A stretch of DNA of 64,000 nucleotides from a virus, in IMG/VR virus record IMGVR_UViG_3300017784_007549, positions 1 through 64,000 of that record; one strand, 5' to 3'. Under the pieces are notes generated by a model. The model was not told the DNA's origin, ran no database searches, and was given only the letters and a program-made list of their open reading frames with translations. This document shows positions 7,888 through 19,133 of this stretch, one piece after another (positions within the stretch are counted from its first letter, which is position 1; the number at the start of each line of letters is the position of its first letter). A program made the position numbers and the translations under genes.

Positions 7888-9728
7888 TATACTGCCCAGA
7901 TAAATATATAAAAGAAATAAAAGATGTTAACGCTGAACTATCGCAATTAAAAGGCTTTTTAAACGATAAAGAAGCTAAAATTACTCTTGCTAAATTTCTT
8001 AGAGCGAACATAGGATTTACCACAGAACTAATAAGTGGTGTAAAACTTGCCGCTTATCAAGAAATACATATTAAAGCTTTATTAAATAGAAATTTTAATT
8101 TATGCGTTTTTGGTAGAGGTTGTGGAAAAAGTTTTATAGCGGCGGTATTTTGTTTTCTTCAATGTGTATTTGAGCCTAATACAAAAATTCTTATAGCTGG
8201 ACCAACATTTAGAACTGCTAGATTTATTTTCAATAATCTAGAAAAAATTGTAAATAGTAAAGGCGCAGAATTATTATCGCAATGCTTTGGAGCAAAAACA
8301 AGAAGGAATGATCAATTCGAATGGGAGATAAATGGGGGCAGTATTGTAGCAATTCCATTGAATGGAGAAAAAATACGAGGATTTCGTGCGAATGTTCTTG
8401 TGCTAGACGAATTTCTTCTTTTACCAGAAGAAATAGTAAAAAATGTATTAATGCCATTTCTTGTAGCCCCACAAAATATTAAAGAGAGAATGGAGATTAG
8501 AGAAAGCGAAGATAAATTAATAGAGGAAGGATTAATGAAAGAAAGTGAAAGGATGGTTTTTGAAAATACAAGTAAAATGATAGCTCTTTCTTCAGCTAGT
8601 TATACTTTTGAAAATCTTTATAAAATATATAATGAATGGAGCGAAAGAATAACAGATAATGAAAAAAGTGAAGCAACATATTTTGTAAGTCAATTGAGTT
8701 ACGAAGCTCTTCCAGAAGAAATGATAGATAAAACTATTATCGAAGAAGCTCAAGCTGGTGGATCTAGTCATAGCAGTTTTCTTAGAGAATATTGTGCTAG
8801 ATTTACTGATGGAAGCGATAGCTACTTTAATGCGAAAAAAATGGAAGAATGTACGTTAAAAATAGGAGAAACTCCACATACTTTAATGAAAGGAAATGCT
8901 AATAAAAAATATATCTTAGGAATCGATCCCAATATGAGTGATAGTCCTAATGCAGATTATTTTGCGATGGCAGTTATGGAGCTTGATGAAGAGAAAAATC
9001 AAGGTACTCTAGTTCATACTTATGCAGGTCTTGGTAATTTAAAAAATCACGTTAATTATCTTTATTATATTTTAACTAATTTTAATATTGTATTTATGAT
9101 TCTTGATAATGCTGGTGCAGACACATTTTTATCTGCTTGTAATCAATCTACTTTATTTAAAAATAGCAAATTAGAAATTAAAACCTTAGATATAGATTCT
9201 GAACTAGAAGGTGTAGATTACGATTTAATGATTAAAAATGCTAAAAATAAATACAACTTAGAAGATAGAAGAATAGCTTTTAATCAAGTATTTACAAGTA
9301 ATTTCATTCGTAAAGCGAATGAATATTTACAGGCATGTATTGATTATAAAAGAGTATGGTTTGCAAGTAGAACAGCATCAGATGAAGCATCATTTAATCA
9401 AACAATAGGTTTAAATCTACCATTGGATTTAATGAAAGAAGACGATAAGAAGGATTGGACTATTTTAGATTTTATTGAAAATCAAGACGACTTTATTTAT
9501 CAGACGAAAAAACAATGCGTATTAATAGAACATTCTGCAACTAGTCGCGGGACACAAAGTTTTGATTTACCTCAACATTTGAAAAGAAGTGTATCAGCAA
9601 ATAAGGCCAGAAAAGACAATTATTCAGCATTTATGTTGGCGAATTGGGCAATAAAGTGCTATAATGATATGATGAACGTGCAAATCGTGCAAGCAGAAGC
9701 GACTTTTTCTCCTTTTATGATCAGATAA
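7884..9728 (+). CDS. terL: Terminase large subunit
   Basis: GRGCGKS Walker A, VLVLDE Walker B, LSSA motif III, ILGID nuclease motif, C-terminal KD.YSA. Confidence 0.92.
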   Translation: MIYCPDKYIKEIKDVNAELSQLKGFLNDKEAKITLAKFLRANIGFTTELISGVKLAAYQEIHIKALLNRNFNLCVFGRGCGKSFIAAVFCFLQCVFEPNTKILIAGPTFRTARFIFNNLEKIVNSKGAELLSQCFGAKTRRNDQFEWEINGGSIVAIPLNGEKIRGFRANVLVLDEFLLLPEEIVKNVLMPFLVAPQNIKERMEIRESEDKLIEEGLMKESERMVFENTSKMIALSSASYTFENLYKIYNEWSERITDNEKSEATYFVSQLSYEALPEEMIDKTIIEEAQAGGSSHSSFLREYCARFTDGSDSYFNAKKMEECTLKIGETPHTLMKGNANKKYILGIDPNMSDSPNADYFAMAVMELDEEKNQGTLVHTYAGLGNLKNHVNYLYYILTNFNIVFMILDNAGADTFLSACNQSTLFKNSKLEIKTLDIDSELEGVDYDLMIKNAKNKYNLEDRRIAFNQVFTSNFIRKANEYLQACIDYKRVWFASRTASDEASFNQTIGLNLPLDLMKEDDKKDWTILDFIENQDDFIYQTKKQCVLIEHSATSRGTQSFDLPQHLKRSVSANKARKDNYSAFMLANWAIKCYNDMMNVQIVQAEATFSPFMIR

Positions 9729-9729
9729 T

Positions 9730-9735
9730 GTGTAA
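9730..9735 (+). promoter_or_regulatory. GTGTAA putative late promoter
   Basis: Intergenic, 14 nt before the portal ATG. Confidence 0.7.
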
Positions 9736-9749
9736 TATTTAATAATAAA

Positions 9750-11681
9750 ATGGCTAAAAAACTTAAAAAAGAAGAAAAAATTGTGAAAAGTGAAGAAATC
9801 CAACCTTTGATGGTATCAGATGCTTCAACTTACGAAACAAAAGCTGCATCCTACAGATCAGAATCTGGAGATTCTTCTAATGCTCAAACTAGAAGAAACG
9901 CATCAGCAGATATTACTAGAACAGATAGATATAGAAATATTGATAGTGGTTTAATTCCATTTAGATATTCAACTGGTATATCCAATAGCTCTAATATGAA
10001 TGTGCGCGATGCGGTCATTTTATGTCAAAAATGCTATTATAACTTTGCAGTGTTTAGAAATACTATTGATTTAATGACAGAATTTTCTTGCAGTAATATT
10101 TATTTTAAAGGCGGAAGTCAAAAGAGTAGAGATTTCTTTAGTGCATGGTTAAAGAAAATAAATATATTTGATTTGCTTGATCAATTTTTCCGTGAATATT
10201 ATCGAAGTGGTAATGTATTTATTTATCGTTTTGATACAAAAATTAAACCAGAAGATGTTAATAGAATTACTCAAACCTTTGGATTATCTGCAAAAGCTGC
10301 TGATGTTATGTTACCAGCGAGATATAATATTATTAATCCTGCTGACGTTCAACTTGGCGGAACAATCAATTTCTCAGTAGGAAGATATTATAAAATTTTA
10401 ACAGACTATGAATTGGAAAGACTAAAAGCCCCAAAGACTCCAGAAGATAAAGAAGTATTAGAAAGCTTACCGCCAGAAACACAAAAGCTTATTACAAAAA
10501 CTAGAGTTGGTATTTTAACTTTACCATTAGATCGCGACAGACTTTGTGCGGTATTTTATAAGAAGCAAGATTACGAGCCATTTGCAGTTCCAATGGGATT
10601 TCCAGTTCTTGAAGATATTAACTGGAAAGCGGAAATGAAAAAGATGGATATGTCTATCGCTCGTACAATGCAACAAATAGTTTTATTAGTAACAATGGGA
10701 ACTGATCCAGATAAAGGTGGAGTTAACCAAAAGAATCTTGAAGCAATGCAAGGATTATTTACAAATCAAAGTATTGGCAGAGTTCTTATTGCAGATTATA
10801 CAACAAAAGCTCAATTTGTAATTCCAGATATTGGAAATCTTCTTGGTCCCGAAAAATATGAAGTTGTTGATAAAGATATTTTAATTGGTTTAAACAATAT
10901 TCTTATTGGAAATGATAAGTTTGCTAATGGAAGTATGAAGGTCCAAGTATTTATTGAAAGATTAAAACAATCTAGAGAAGCTTTCTTAAATAATTTCTTG
11001 TATCCAGAAATTAGAAGAATTAGCAGAGATCTTGGATTTAAAAATTACCCAACTCCATTCTTTGAAGATATTGATATTAAAGATGACGTACAATACTCTA
11101 GAATTTATACAAGACTAATGGAACTTGGAATTTTAACTCCAGAAGAAGGCATTGCAGCATTGGAATCTGGAAAACTTCCAGAAAAAGAAGAATCAATTGT
11201 TTCTCAAGAAAAATTTAGAGAATTAAAAGATCAAGGACTCTATCAACCACTTATTGGTGCAGCTAAAATGGGCGAAGCAGGAAGACCATCTGGATCAACT
11301 GGGATTCCTCAAACTACAAAAAATATTAGTCCAAAAGGTCAAGGGAAACAATCCAAGGCAGCGCTATTCGATATAGAAAAAATTAAAGATAATTTCGTAC
11401 TCGCTTCAAGGCTACAAGAAAAAGTAGAAGCATCATTAAGAGAAAAACATTCTCTTCGCAAACTTTCTAAACAACAAAAAGAAGTTGCGTTTGAAATAGT
11501 AAAAGTAATTGCTTCAAATGAAAATCCAGAGACTTGGGATTCTGTTATAAATGAATATGTAAAAAATCCTAAAGATAAAAATCCTGATAAAATTTCTGAT
11601 ATTCAAACTATCGCAGCAGAACATGGATTAGACAGTTACGTAGCAAGTATTCTTTATCATAGCAAAAAGATAGAGGCATAA
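9750..11681 (+). CDS. Portal protein
   Basis: Follows TerL; 643 aa; RNTIDLMTEF, EYYRSGNVFIYR portal-like pattern; GRPSG in the C-terminal part. Confidence 0.8.
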   Translation: MAKKLKKEEKIVKSEEIQPLMVSDASTYETKAASYRSESGDSSNAQTRRNASADITRTDRYRNIDSGLIPFRYSTGISNSSNMNVRDAVILCQKCYYNFAVFRNTIDLMTEFSCSNIYFKGGSQKSRDFFSAWLKKINIFDLLDQFFREYYRSGNVFIYRFDTKIKPEDVNRITQTFGLSAKAADVMLPARYNIINPADVQLGGTINFSVGRYYKILTDYELERLKAPKTPEDKEVLESLPPETQKLITKTRVGILTLPLDRDRLCAVFYKKQDYEPFAVPMGFPVLEDINWKAEMKKMDMSIARTMQQIVLLVTMGTDPDKGGVNQKNLEAMQGLFTNQSIGRVLIADYTTKAQFVIPDIGNLLGPEKYEVVDKDILIGLNNILIGNDKFANGSMKVQVFIERLKQSREAFLNNFLYPEIRRISRDLGFKNYPTPFFEDIDIKDDVQYSRIYTRLMELGILTPEEGIAALESGKLPEKEESIVSQEKFRELKDQGLYQPLIGAAKMGEAGRPSGSTGIPQTTKNISPKGQGKQSKAALFDIEKIKDNFVLASRLQEKVEASLREKHSLRKLSKQQKEVAFEIVKVIASNENPETWDSVINEYVKNPKDKNPDKISDIQTIAAEHGLDSYVASILYHSKKIEA

Positions 11682-11685
11682 AATT

Positions 11686-14265
11686 ATGGCTCAAAATCTT
11701 ATTAGAATAAAACAGATAGATCAAGCAGAATTATCAGGTTTTATTGCCAATAGCTTAAATACTGGTATTCCTCTTTTTATAAATATTACTGGTAATAATA
11801 TTGTTTATACTACTGGAAATCAAACTATTAGCGGGATTAAGACTTTTGCATCTCGTCCAACAGTAAATGGTACAGGAGTTTTATTAAGCGGTGAAGCTGC
11901 AAGTTTACCTAATACTGTAGTTTATACCACTGGATCTCAAAATATAAGTGGAATTAAAACTTTTAGAAATGATATATATTTCTCTAGTGGAATTTACCAT
12001 TCAAATAATAAATTTATATTAGATAACCAAAATATACTACTAAGCGGTAACGACAGAACAGGCACAATTGGAACATCCGTTCTTATTTCAGCTGGTCTCG
12101 CGACTCAACCCGGAACAATTGATTTAAAAGGAAATATTGCTTTAAATTATGGCATACGAAGCGGAACATTAGTATCAATATACAACACAGGATCAACATA
12201 TCCATTCATTAGAACTAGTCGAAATAATAAAATAATAATTGGTGCAGACTTACCTTTTGGTTTGGATCCGCAAGAAATGGTTTATGTAAAAGGAGATGTA
12301 TTCGCAAGTAATTTAGTTTATAATACTGGAGATCAGTTAATACAAAGCGATAAATTTTTTGAACATATCACAGATAGCTCTAGATTATTACCGCTTTTAA
12401 TAAAAGCTTCTGGAAATGCATCTGTAACAGAAGATGGTACTTCCTATCCTGTAAGTGGATATTATGCTTTTAATACAAATTTAAATCTTTATCAACAAAG
12501 TGAACCAGCAGGACCATTTTATATTTTCTTTTGTGATGAAAATAAATGCGTTTCAAATAAATACTCTTGGAGACTTACAACTTCTATAAGTGGCGGAAGA
12601 ACTTTGTATGATAATTATGCTGACTCGGTTCAAAATTACAAAGATCAGGTTTTTCCTAAAACCAGTTGGACACCGTTTTTTGGAGCAAATCCAATTAATT
12701 TTGAATACGCGGATTTATATAGTTTTAATTATACAGACTATGCAGCAGATTTAGCTTTTATTAAAGTTAAAAATAACAGAACTATAGATTTTTTAACCGA
12801 TGAAGGTTATAAAGCGGCAAGTCTTTCTAAAAGTAATCTTTTATTACAAAAAGTTTCTTTTGGAGAAAATGTTAATCTAACCTCTAATTCAGAAATAAGA
12901 TTTAATAATGATCAAGAATTAGCAGAAGAAATTATTTCCATAGGAACAAACGGCATAGATTTAACAAGCTTGAATATAAATCAAAAATCTAATTCATATT
13001 CATTTCATAACGATGACGCCACAGTATCTAATAAGTTTGTTCATGTTTTCAATGAAGTAAATACAACTGGGTATTTAAATGAAGTCGTTAATGGTCAATC
13101 ATTTTTAATAAAAAATTTAAGTAGTGGGAATATTAGAATAAGGCCAGTAGACATTTATAATTCTTATTATTCTGGTTTTACTGGATGGGGAAATAATGAT
13201 TATAAACAAATTAGTTTTAATAATCAAGATGATTTAGATCTTGATATATTAAAAGCTTACACAAAAGCTTCTTATAGTTTAATATTATTAGAAAATGGAA
13301 AAATAACTGGATTAGGTTATGATAGCGCAGGAGAAACATTTCTAGGACGAAAATTAACTGGAGTACTAGATCTAGCCTTAGGATATCAACATGCAATAGC
13401 TAAATTGAATATAAGTGGAAAAATTTCGGGATGGGGCCATGATTTTTATTATCAATCTTCTAAAGGCAATAATTTAACTGGAGTACTAAAAGTAGTAGCA
13501 GGAGATTATCATACTTTAGCTTTATTAAATAATGGTAAAATAACTGGTTGGGGTGCAAATAATTATGGACAAGTAGCAATAACGACAGGGTTTAATGATC
13601 GTTTTGGAGCTTTTACTGGAAATTGGAGTAGTTCTCCTTTGTTTAGCTTATCTAATGTTATAGATATTAGCGCTGGAAATAACTTTTCATTAGCATTATT
13701 AAGTGGGAATGGATATTCTGGATTTGTAACTGGTTGGGGAAATAATAGTTATCGACAACTTGCTTCTGGCCTTAATTTAACTGGCGTAACAAAAATTTCA
13801 GCTGGAACAAATTACGCTTTAGCTATTTTAAATAAAGATCAAAGAGTAACTGGATGGGGAAATAATTTTTATGGTCAAAATCTTTCTGGAAGAAATCTTA
13901 CCGGAGTTTCAAGTATTAGCGCTGGCCAATTTCATTCTTTAGCTATTATAAGTAAAGACCAAAGAGTAACTGGATGGGGTTATAACAATGATGGTCAAAC
14001 TCTTTCTGGACAAAATTTTACTGGAGTCAAACAAGTTAGTGCTGGAGATTTTCAAAGCGTAGCAGTATACTTTCCTAGAGAAAGCGAAAAAGCATTGAGG
14101 GGAAATGAAACTAAACCAAGTTCATCAAAATATTTGGCAACCGAAAAAATAGAAAATGATACAAAATTAATTCTTGCCCCAAAACAATCAGTAGAATTAT
14201 TGGGCGTAAAAAATTCGAGCTATACTGGCTGGATAGTATTGAACACAAGCGCAGGTGTAATATAA
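11686..14265 (+). CDS. Virion fibre/adhesin with RCC1-like beta-propeller repeats
   Basis: ISAG..H.LA....G.VTGWG.N.YGQ repeats; GNQTISGIKTF fibre repeats. Confidence 0.8.
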   Translation: MAQNLIRIKQIDQAELSGFIANSLNTGIPLFINITGNNIVYTTGNQTISGIKTFASRPTVNGTGVLLSGEAASLPNTVVYTTGSQNISGIKTFRNDIYFSSGIYHSNNKFILDNQNILLSGNDRTGTIGTSVLISAGLATQPGTIDLKGNIALNYGIRSGTLVSIYNTGSTYPFIRTSRNNKIIIGADLPFGLDPQEMVYVKGDVFASNLVYNTGDQLIQSDKFFEHITDSSRLLPLLIKASGNASVTEDGTSYPVSGYYAFNTNLNLYQQSEPAGPFYIFFCDENKCVSNKYSWRLTTSISGGRTLYDNYADSVQNYKDQVFPKTSWTPFFGANPINFEYADLYSFNYTDYAADLAFIKVKNNRTIDFLTDEGYKAASLSKSNLLLQKVSFGENVNLTSNSEIRFNNDQELAEEIISIGTNGIDLTSLNINQKSNSYSFHNDDATVSNKFVHVFNEVNTTGYLNEVVNGQSFLIKNLSSGNIRIRPVDIYNSYYSGFTGWGNNDYKQISFNNQDDLDLDILKAYTKASYSLILLENGKITGLGYDSAGETFLGRKLTGVLDLALGYQHAIAKLNISGKISGWGHDFYYQSSKGNNLTGVLKVVAGDYHTLALLNNGKITGWGANNYGQVAITTGFNDRFGAFTGNWSSSPLFSLSNVIDISAGNNFSLALLSGNGYSGFVTGWGNNSYRQLASGLNLTGVTKISAGTNYALAILNKDQRVTGWGNNFYGQNLSGRNLTGVSSISAGQFHSLAIISKDQRVTGWGYNNDGQTLSGQNFTGVKQVSAGDFQSVAVYFPRESEKALRGNETKPSSSKYLATEKIENDTKLILAPKQSVELLGVKNSSYTGWIVLNTSAGVI
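14255..14260 (+). promoter_or_regulatory. GTGTAA putative late promoter
   Basis: 8 nt before ATG 14269. Confidence 0.65.
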
Positions 14266-14268
14266 TTT

Positions 14269-17200
14269 ATGTCAATCTTAAATATTGTAGATTTAAATAA
14301 CAATCAAACAATAAGTGGAGTTAAAACTTTTGCTTCTCGCCCAAGAGTAAATGGCACTGGGGTTTTATTAAGTGGTGAAGTTGGAAATTTACCAAATACT
14401 GTAGTTTATACAACAGGAAATGAAATTATTTCTGGAATTAAAACATTTGCAGAAAACACAACATTTGGTGATACTATACAAGGAGACTTTTTAGTTATTT
14501 CTGGCAATAATTTTACAGTCTACGGAAGTGGTAACTTTACTAGTGGACTTTTTGTAAATGGGAATGCAGTGCTTACTGGAGTTAATTTAAGTTCATATGC
14601 AACAACAGTTAACCTTGCAAGCACAGGTTCGACTCTTGATACAAAAATTAATAATTTAAGTGGAGTTTCAGTATTAACATTTGGCAATCAAATTATTACT
14701 GGAAATAAAATATTTAATTCACTTAGAATAGAGCCATCTGGAAGAATATTTACCCTTGGTACTGGATTAAATATAAATAGTGAAAGTGGAATAGTTAGAA
14801 TTAATACTAATGTAACTTCTTCATTTGGAGCAGGATTTACATATGCTTTAACAACTGGAATGGATCCTAATAGACCATTAGATATTGAAGGACGAGGAAG
14901 ATTGGTTCATGGTTTAAGCCTAGATGCAGGAAGTAATAATTTTACTAATGCTTCAGATCATTTTCATTTATTTTTTTCCGCAGGACCTTCTAATCCCGGA
15001 TCATTTAATGGTGCATATTCAACGGCTACCAGTACAAATTACAAAAGCTATCAATTTTCTCCTACAACAAGACCAAATGGAAACGACAATCTAAGAGATT
15101 TAATTCATTTAACAACATTAGAAGCAAAAGGCGCAAATGATGAAGCATTTCCAACTTCTTCATTAACTGAATTATATTTAACAACAACTGGTACAGTAGT
15201 TACTACTCCTCCCGGAACTGGTTTAGTAGAATTAGCTTATGCAGTAAATAGCCAACCAACTTCTCAATACTTACATGCAACAGGAGACACGGTTTATTTA
15301 AGAGTATTTCCCGGCGTAGCAGGAATTGTTGCAAATACTTATAACGGAACAGTAGTAAGAAGAATTACTGGACTTGATCCAGCATATGGTTCAACAAATG
15401 TTTATAAAGTTGGAGTAGCTCTTGGTGCATTAAATTTTAATAATAATTTTGTTCCAGCTCAAAGAGGCACATCAACTCAAACAGACGCTTGGGCTTTGAG
15501 TAGAAATACAACATCAAGTGCTTTTACTGGCATTAGAAGAATAGAAAGAAACTCTTCCCAATATTTTGATCAATTTAATGTTTTTTATACAACACCAATT
15601 ACAGGTTATACTGGCGAAAGTGTTGTAGTCGACGTTTTCAATAGAAGTAGTGGTACTTTTATAGCTTCTGGGATTAATTTAACACAAGGAAGATATGATG
15701 GATATGTTTCAAGAGTTTTAAACAATACTGGATTAGAAATTACTCTTTCAGTAATGAATTTTGGATCTTTGGGTGGAGTTGGAAGACCCGGAAGCTTCCA
15801 TAATCCAGCTCTAACAACTGGAGTTGGCATTATAAGCTCAGAAGATCTTGTTACTGGAATGCAAATTCTTCGCGGATCATCAGATACTGTTCACAGAAAT
15901 TATTGGGCACATAATGTTTTTGCAGGATTTAGAAATCTTGATGCAAGAGATTTAAATGTTCCAGCAGGAGTTATTACTAGGGTTTCTGTTGGAGGACTAA
16001 ATAGAGTAGAGAGTGGATCAACTTCTGCTATAGGTTTCAATAATAAAGCTTATGGTTTTAATTCTCATGCTTATGGAGCTCACCAAGAAAATTATAATAG
16101 AGATAGCGTTAGAATTGGCGCAACAACTGGATCATATATTAATATAGTAAGTGGCAGAGTTGGAATTAATCTTCAATTTCCAACTGAAGGTTTACATATC
16201 AGTGGATCTAATTTAAAAGTAGAAAATGGCACTGGAATTTTTTCAAATGATGTTATTATTTCTGGTTCTCCAATTTTTGGATTACAAAGTATTGTAATAG
16301 GTTCTGCTAGTTCTATTCTTGGGGGAAGTGGCAATTATGTTACTGGTAGTTTTTCAACAATTGCAGGTGGAAGATTAAATGTTATAACTGGTAATGTAAA
16401 TTTTATTGGTGGTGGAAATACAAATAATCTTTCTGGACTAAATTCAATTATTGGAGGAGGATCTTTCAATAGAATAACTGGAGCATCTGTTACTATAGTT
16501 GGAGGAACTCGTAATCTTGCATGTGGTGGTGCATTTATTGGTGGAGGAGCTAATAATTCTGCGTTGGGCTTTTATTCAAATGCTGTTGGAGGAAGATGTA
16601 ATTCTGCAACTGGAAATTGTTCAATTGTTATTGGTGGATATAGAAATAGCGCAATAGGAGGAAATAGTATTGTTGCTGGAGGATTTTGTAATACTGCAAG
16701 TGGAAATTTTTCAGCAATCGTTGGCGGATGTAATAACTGCGCATGGGGAAATGTTTCATTTATTGGAGGTGGACAATATAATTGCACAATTGATAAAAAT
16801 ACAAGCATTGGAGGAGGATATTTTAATCTTGCATCTGGAGCTTATTCAAATGTCGGGGGTGGAACTTTTGTTGCTGCAGTAGGAATTGCTTCAGTTGTAG
16901 CGGGAGGAAATGCTAATCTCGTAAATGGAAATAATTCATCTATCGTTGGTGGATTTGCAAATGTAGTAAATGGAGACGCTTCATTTCTTGGGGGCGGATA
17001 TCGTAATATAGCATTTGGCGGGAGATCAGTAATTGGCGGAGGAATTTCAAATACTGGTTATTTTACTGGATCAGCAATTGTTGCCGGAGAAGGAAATATT
17101 GTTAGCGGAAGAAATAGTTTTATTGGTGGTGGATGTAGAAATCGTGCAACTGCGGATCAAGCAGTTGTTGGCGGTGGTTTAGGTAATTTTGCTACGGCAA

Positions 17201-19131
17201 CCTCTTCAATTGTAGTGGGCGGACAAGCTAATTGCGCAAGAGATACATCCGCAGCTATTTTAGGAGGAATTCTTAATATTGCGTCAGGACAAGGTTCAAC
17301 CGTAGTTGGAGGTACATCTAATAGAGTTTTTGCAAACTATTCAAATATCACAAATGGAACATGTAATACTATAAATAAAGAAGCAGCTCTTTCAACTATT
17401 GGCGGTGGATATTGTAATACTATTAAAAATGTTTATTCAGTTATTGGCGGAGGATCTTATAATATTGCATCAGGAAATCTTTCAACTATTGGCGGAGGAT
17501 ATAAAAATTGCGCAACAGCAGCTAATGCAACTATTGCCGGAGGAACTTATAATTGCGCAACAGCAGCTTGTTCAACTATTGGTGGAGGATATAAAAATTG
17601 TGCAACAGCAAACCATACAACTGTTGGTGGAGGAATTTATAATTGTGCAACAGCAATTTATTCAAATGTTGCCGGAGGAAATAGTAATATTGCAACAGGA
17701 CACTCTTCGACTGTTGGTGGAGGATATAGAAATTTTGCAATAGCAGAGCACTCAACTGTTGGTGGAGGAAAGTGTAATAAAGCAACAGCAAGCTACTCAA
17801 ATGTTGGCGGAGGAGTTTGTAATTGCGCACAAGGAAATTGTTCAAATATTGGCGGTGGATCTATAAACACCTCATTTGGCGAGAGCTCATTTATTGGAGG
17901 AGGATTTCAAAATACTGGTTATTCTACTGGGTCAGCAATCGTTGGTGGAACAAGAAATTTCGCTAGCGGAGCTTATAGTTTTATTGGTGGCGGATTGTAT
18001 AATCGTGCATTATCAAGTTGTTCAATTGTTGTTGGAGGAACTCGTAATATTGCATCAGGATTTCTTGCAAATGTTGGCGGAGGATATTGTAATATTGCAA
18101 TAGGAAATAGTACAACTATTGGCGGAGGAATTTGTAATTGCGCACAAGGAAATTGTTCAAATATTGTCGGAGGAAGAACTAATTTTACATCAGGAAATCT
18201 TTCAATTATTGGTGGAGGATGTGACAATATTGCAATAGGAACTGCTTCAACTATTGGCGGAGGAAGAAGTAATTCCGCATTAGGAAATAGTGCAACTATT
18301 GGCGGAGGATTTGTAAATTGTACATTATCAAATTGTACAACTGTTGCTGGAGGAAGATTTAATATTGCATCAGGAAATCTTTCAACTATTGGCGGAGGAG
18401 GTGGTAATTGCGCATTAGCAGCTAATGCAACTGTTGGCGGAGGATATCAAAATTGCGCATTAGGAATTAATGCAACTATTGGCGGAGGAAGAGCTAATTG
18501 CGCATTAGGAATTTATTCAACTGTTGGTGGAGGAGGTTATAATTGCTCATCAGGAACATATTCAATTATTGGCGGAGGAAGAAATAATTGTGCACTAGGA
18601 GATTATAGTTACATTATTGGAGGCAGATGTTCTACTGTAAGTGCTCTTCATAGTGGATCAGCAGTTCTTGGAGACGGTCAGTTTCGTGCTCATAATTCTT
18701 TTAGCGAGCATTCTTTAACGCTAGATTTCTTAAACGGAGTATATTTTGCAGGGGGAACTGTAAATGCAAGTACAATAGCAAGAATAAATCAATCTGGATT
18801 TAATCTTGTTAGTGGAAACTTTACTTACCCAGTATTTTCTAACGCTACAGGTTTTGTATTTACTCCAGATGCAAGTACTAGCACATTTTTTGATTATACA
18901 TTATCTGGTAATTCAACTCTTGATCAACCAATCAACATGAATAACGGACAATCTATAACTATATTCTTAACTCAAGATGCTACAGGAAATAGAAGCATGA
19001 GTTTCAATACTGGTTACTTATTTTCTAATGGCATTACTCCGTCATTGAACTTTTTACCAAGCAGCACAGATATTTTACAAGTTATAAGATTAAGAAATAA
19101 ATTATATTCTACATTCGCAAGTAATTATTAA
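14269..19131 (+). CDS. Long fibre protein with Gly/Cys-rich 15-aa beta-helix-like repeats
   Basis: 1620 aa; (S/A)TIGGGxxNCAxxxx repeats; C-terminal ..QDATGNR..SF..PS..TDIL fibre domain. Confidence 0.8.
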   Translation: MSILNIVDLNNNQTISGVKTFASRPRVNGTGVLLSGEVGNLPNTVVYTTGNEIISGIKTFAENTTFGDTIQGDFLVISGNNFTVYGSGNFTSGLFVNGNAVLTGVNLSSYATTVNLASTGSTLDTKINNLSGVSVLTFGNQIITGNKIFNSLRIEPSGRIFTLGTGLNINSESGIVRINTNVTSSFGAGFTYALTTGMDPNRPLDIEGRGRLVHGLSLDAGSNNFTNASDHFHLFFSAGPSNPGSFNGAYSTATSTNYKSYQFSPTTRPNGNDNLRDLIHLTTLEAKGANDEAFPTSSLTELYLTTTGTVVTTPPGTGLVELAYAVNSQPTSQYLHATGDTVYLRVFPGVAGIVANTYNGTVVRRITGLDPAYGSTNVYKVGVALGALNFNNNFVPAQRGTSTQTDAWALSRNTTSSAFTGIRRIERNSSQYFDQFNVFYTTPITGYTGESVVVDVFNRSSGTFIASGINLTQGRYDGYVSRVLNNTGLEITLSVMNFGSLGGVGRPGSFHNPALTTGVGIISSEDLVTGMQILRGSSDTVHRNYWAHNVFAGFRNLDARDLNVPAGVITRVSVGGLNRVESGSTSAIGFNNKAYGFNSHAYGAHQENYNRDSVRIGATTGSYINIVSGRVGINLQFPTEGLHISGSNLKVENGTGIFSNDVIISGSPIFGLQSIVIGSASSILGGSGNYVTGSFSTIAGGRLNVITGNVNFIGGGNTNNLSGLNSIIGGGSFNRITGASVTIVGGTRNLACGGAFIGGGANNSALGFYSNAVGGRCNSATGNCSIVIGGYRNSAIGGNSIVAGGFCNTASGNFSAIVGGCNNCAWGNVSFIGGGQYNCTIDKNTSIGGGYFNLASGAYSNVGGGTFVAAVGIASVVAGGNANLVNGNNSSIVGGFANVVNGDASFLGGGYRNIAFGGRSVIGGGISNTGYFTGSAIVAGEGNIVSGRNSFIGGGCRNRATADQAVVGGGLGNFATATSSIVVGGQANCARDTSAAILGGILNIASGQGSTVVGGTSNRVFANYSNITNGTCNTINKEAALSTIGGGYCNTIKNVYSVIGGGSYNIASGNLSTIGGGYKNCATAANATIAGGTYNCATAACSTIGGGYKNCATANHTTVGGGIYNCATAIYSNVAGGNSNIATGHSSTVGGGYRNFAIAEHSTVGGGKCNKATASYSNVGGGVCNCAQGNCSNIGGGSINTSFGESSFIGGGFQNTGYSTGSAIVGGTRNFASGAYSFIGGGLYNRALSSCSIVVGGTRNIASGFLANVGGGYCNIAIGNSTTIGGGICNCAQGNCSNIVGGRTNFTSGNLSIIGGGCDNIAIGTASTIGGGRSNSALGNSATIGGGFVNCTLSNCTTVAGGRFNIASGNLSTIGGGGGNCALAANATVGGGYQNCALGINATIGGGRANCALGIYSTVGGGGYNCSSGTYSIIGGGRNNCALGDYSYIIGGRCSTVSALHSGSAVLGDGQFRAHNSFSEHSLTLDFLNGVYFAGGTVNASTIARINQSGFNLVSGNFTYPVFSNATGFVFTPDASTSTFFDYTLSGNSTLDQPINMNNGQSITIFLTQDATGNRSMSFNTGYLFSNGITPSLNFLPSSTDILQVIRLRNKLYSTFASNY
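16300..18680 (+). repeat. 45-nt-period coding tandem repeat (approximate bounds)
   Basis: Repeated caactattggcggagga...aattgcgca units. Confidence 0.85.
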
Positions 19132-19133
19132 TT

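Noticed and set aside
16572-18227. Alternative-frame and antisense ORFs within the fibre repeat
   Set aside because: These are shadows of the repetitive codon pattern, with no promoter or RBS support.
16300-18680. CRISPR-like array
   Set aside because: The 45-nt periodicity is in-frame coding repeat with degenerate units, no unique spacers and no cas genes.
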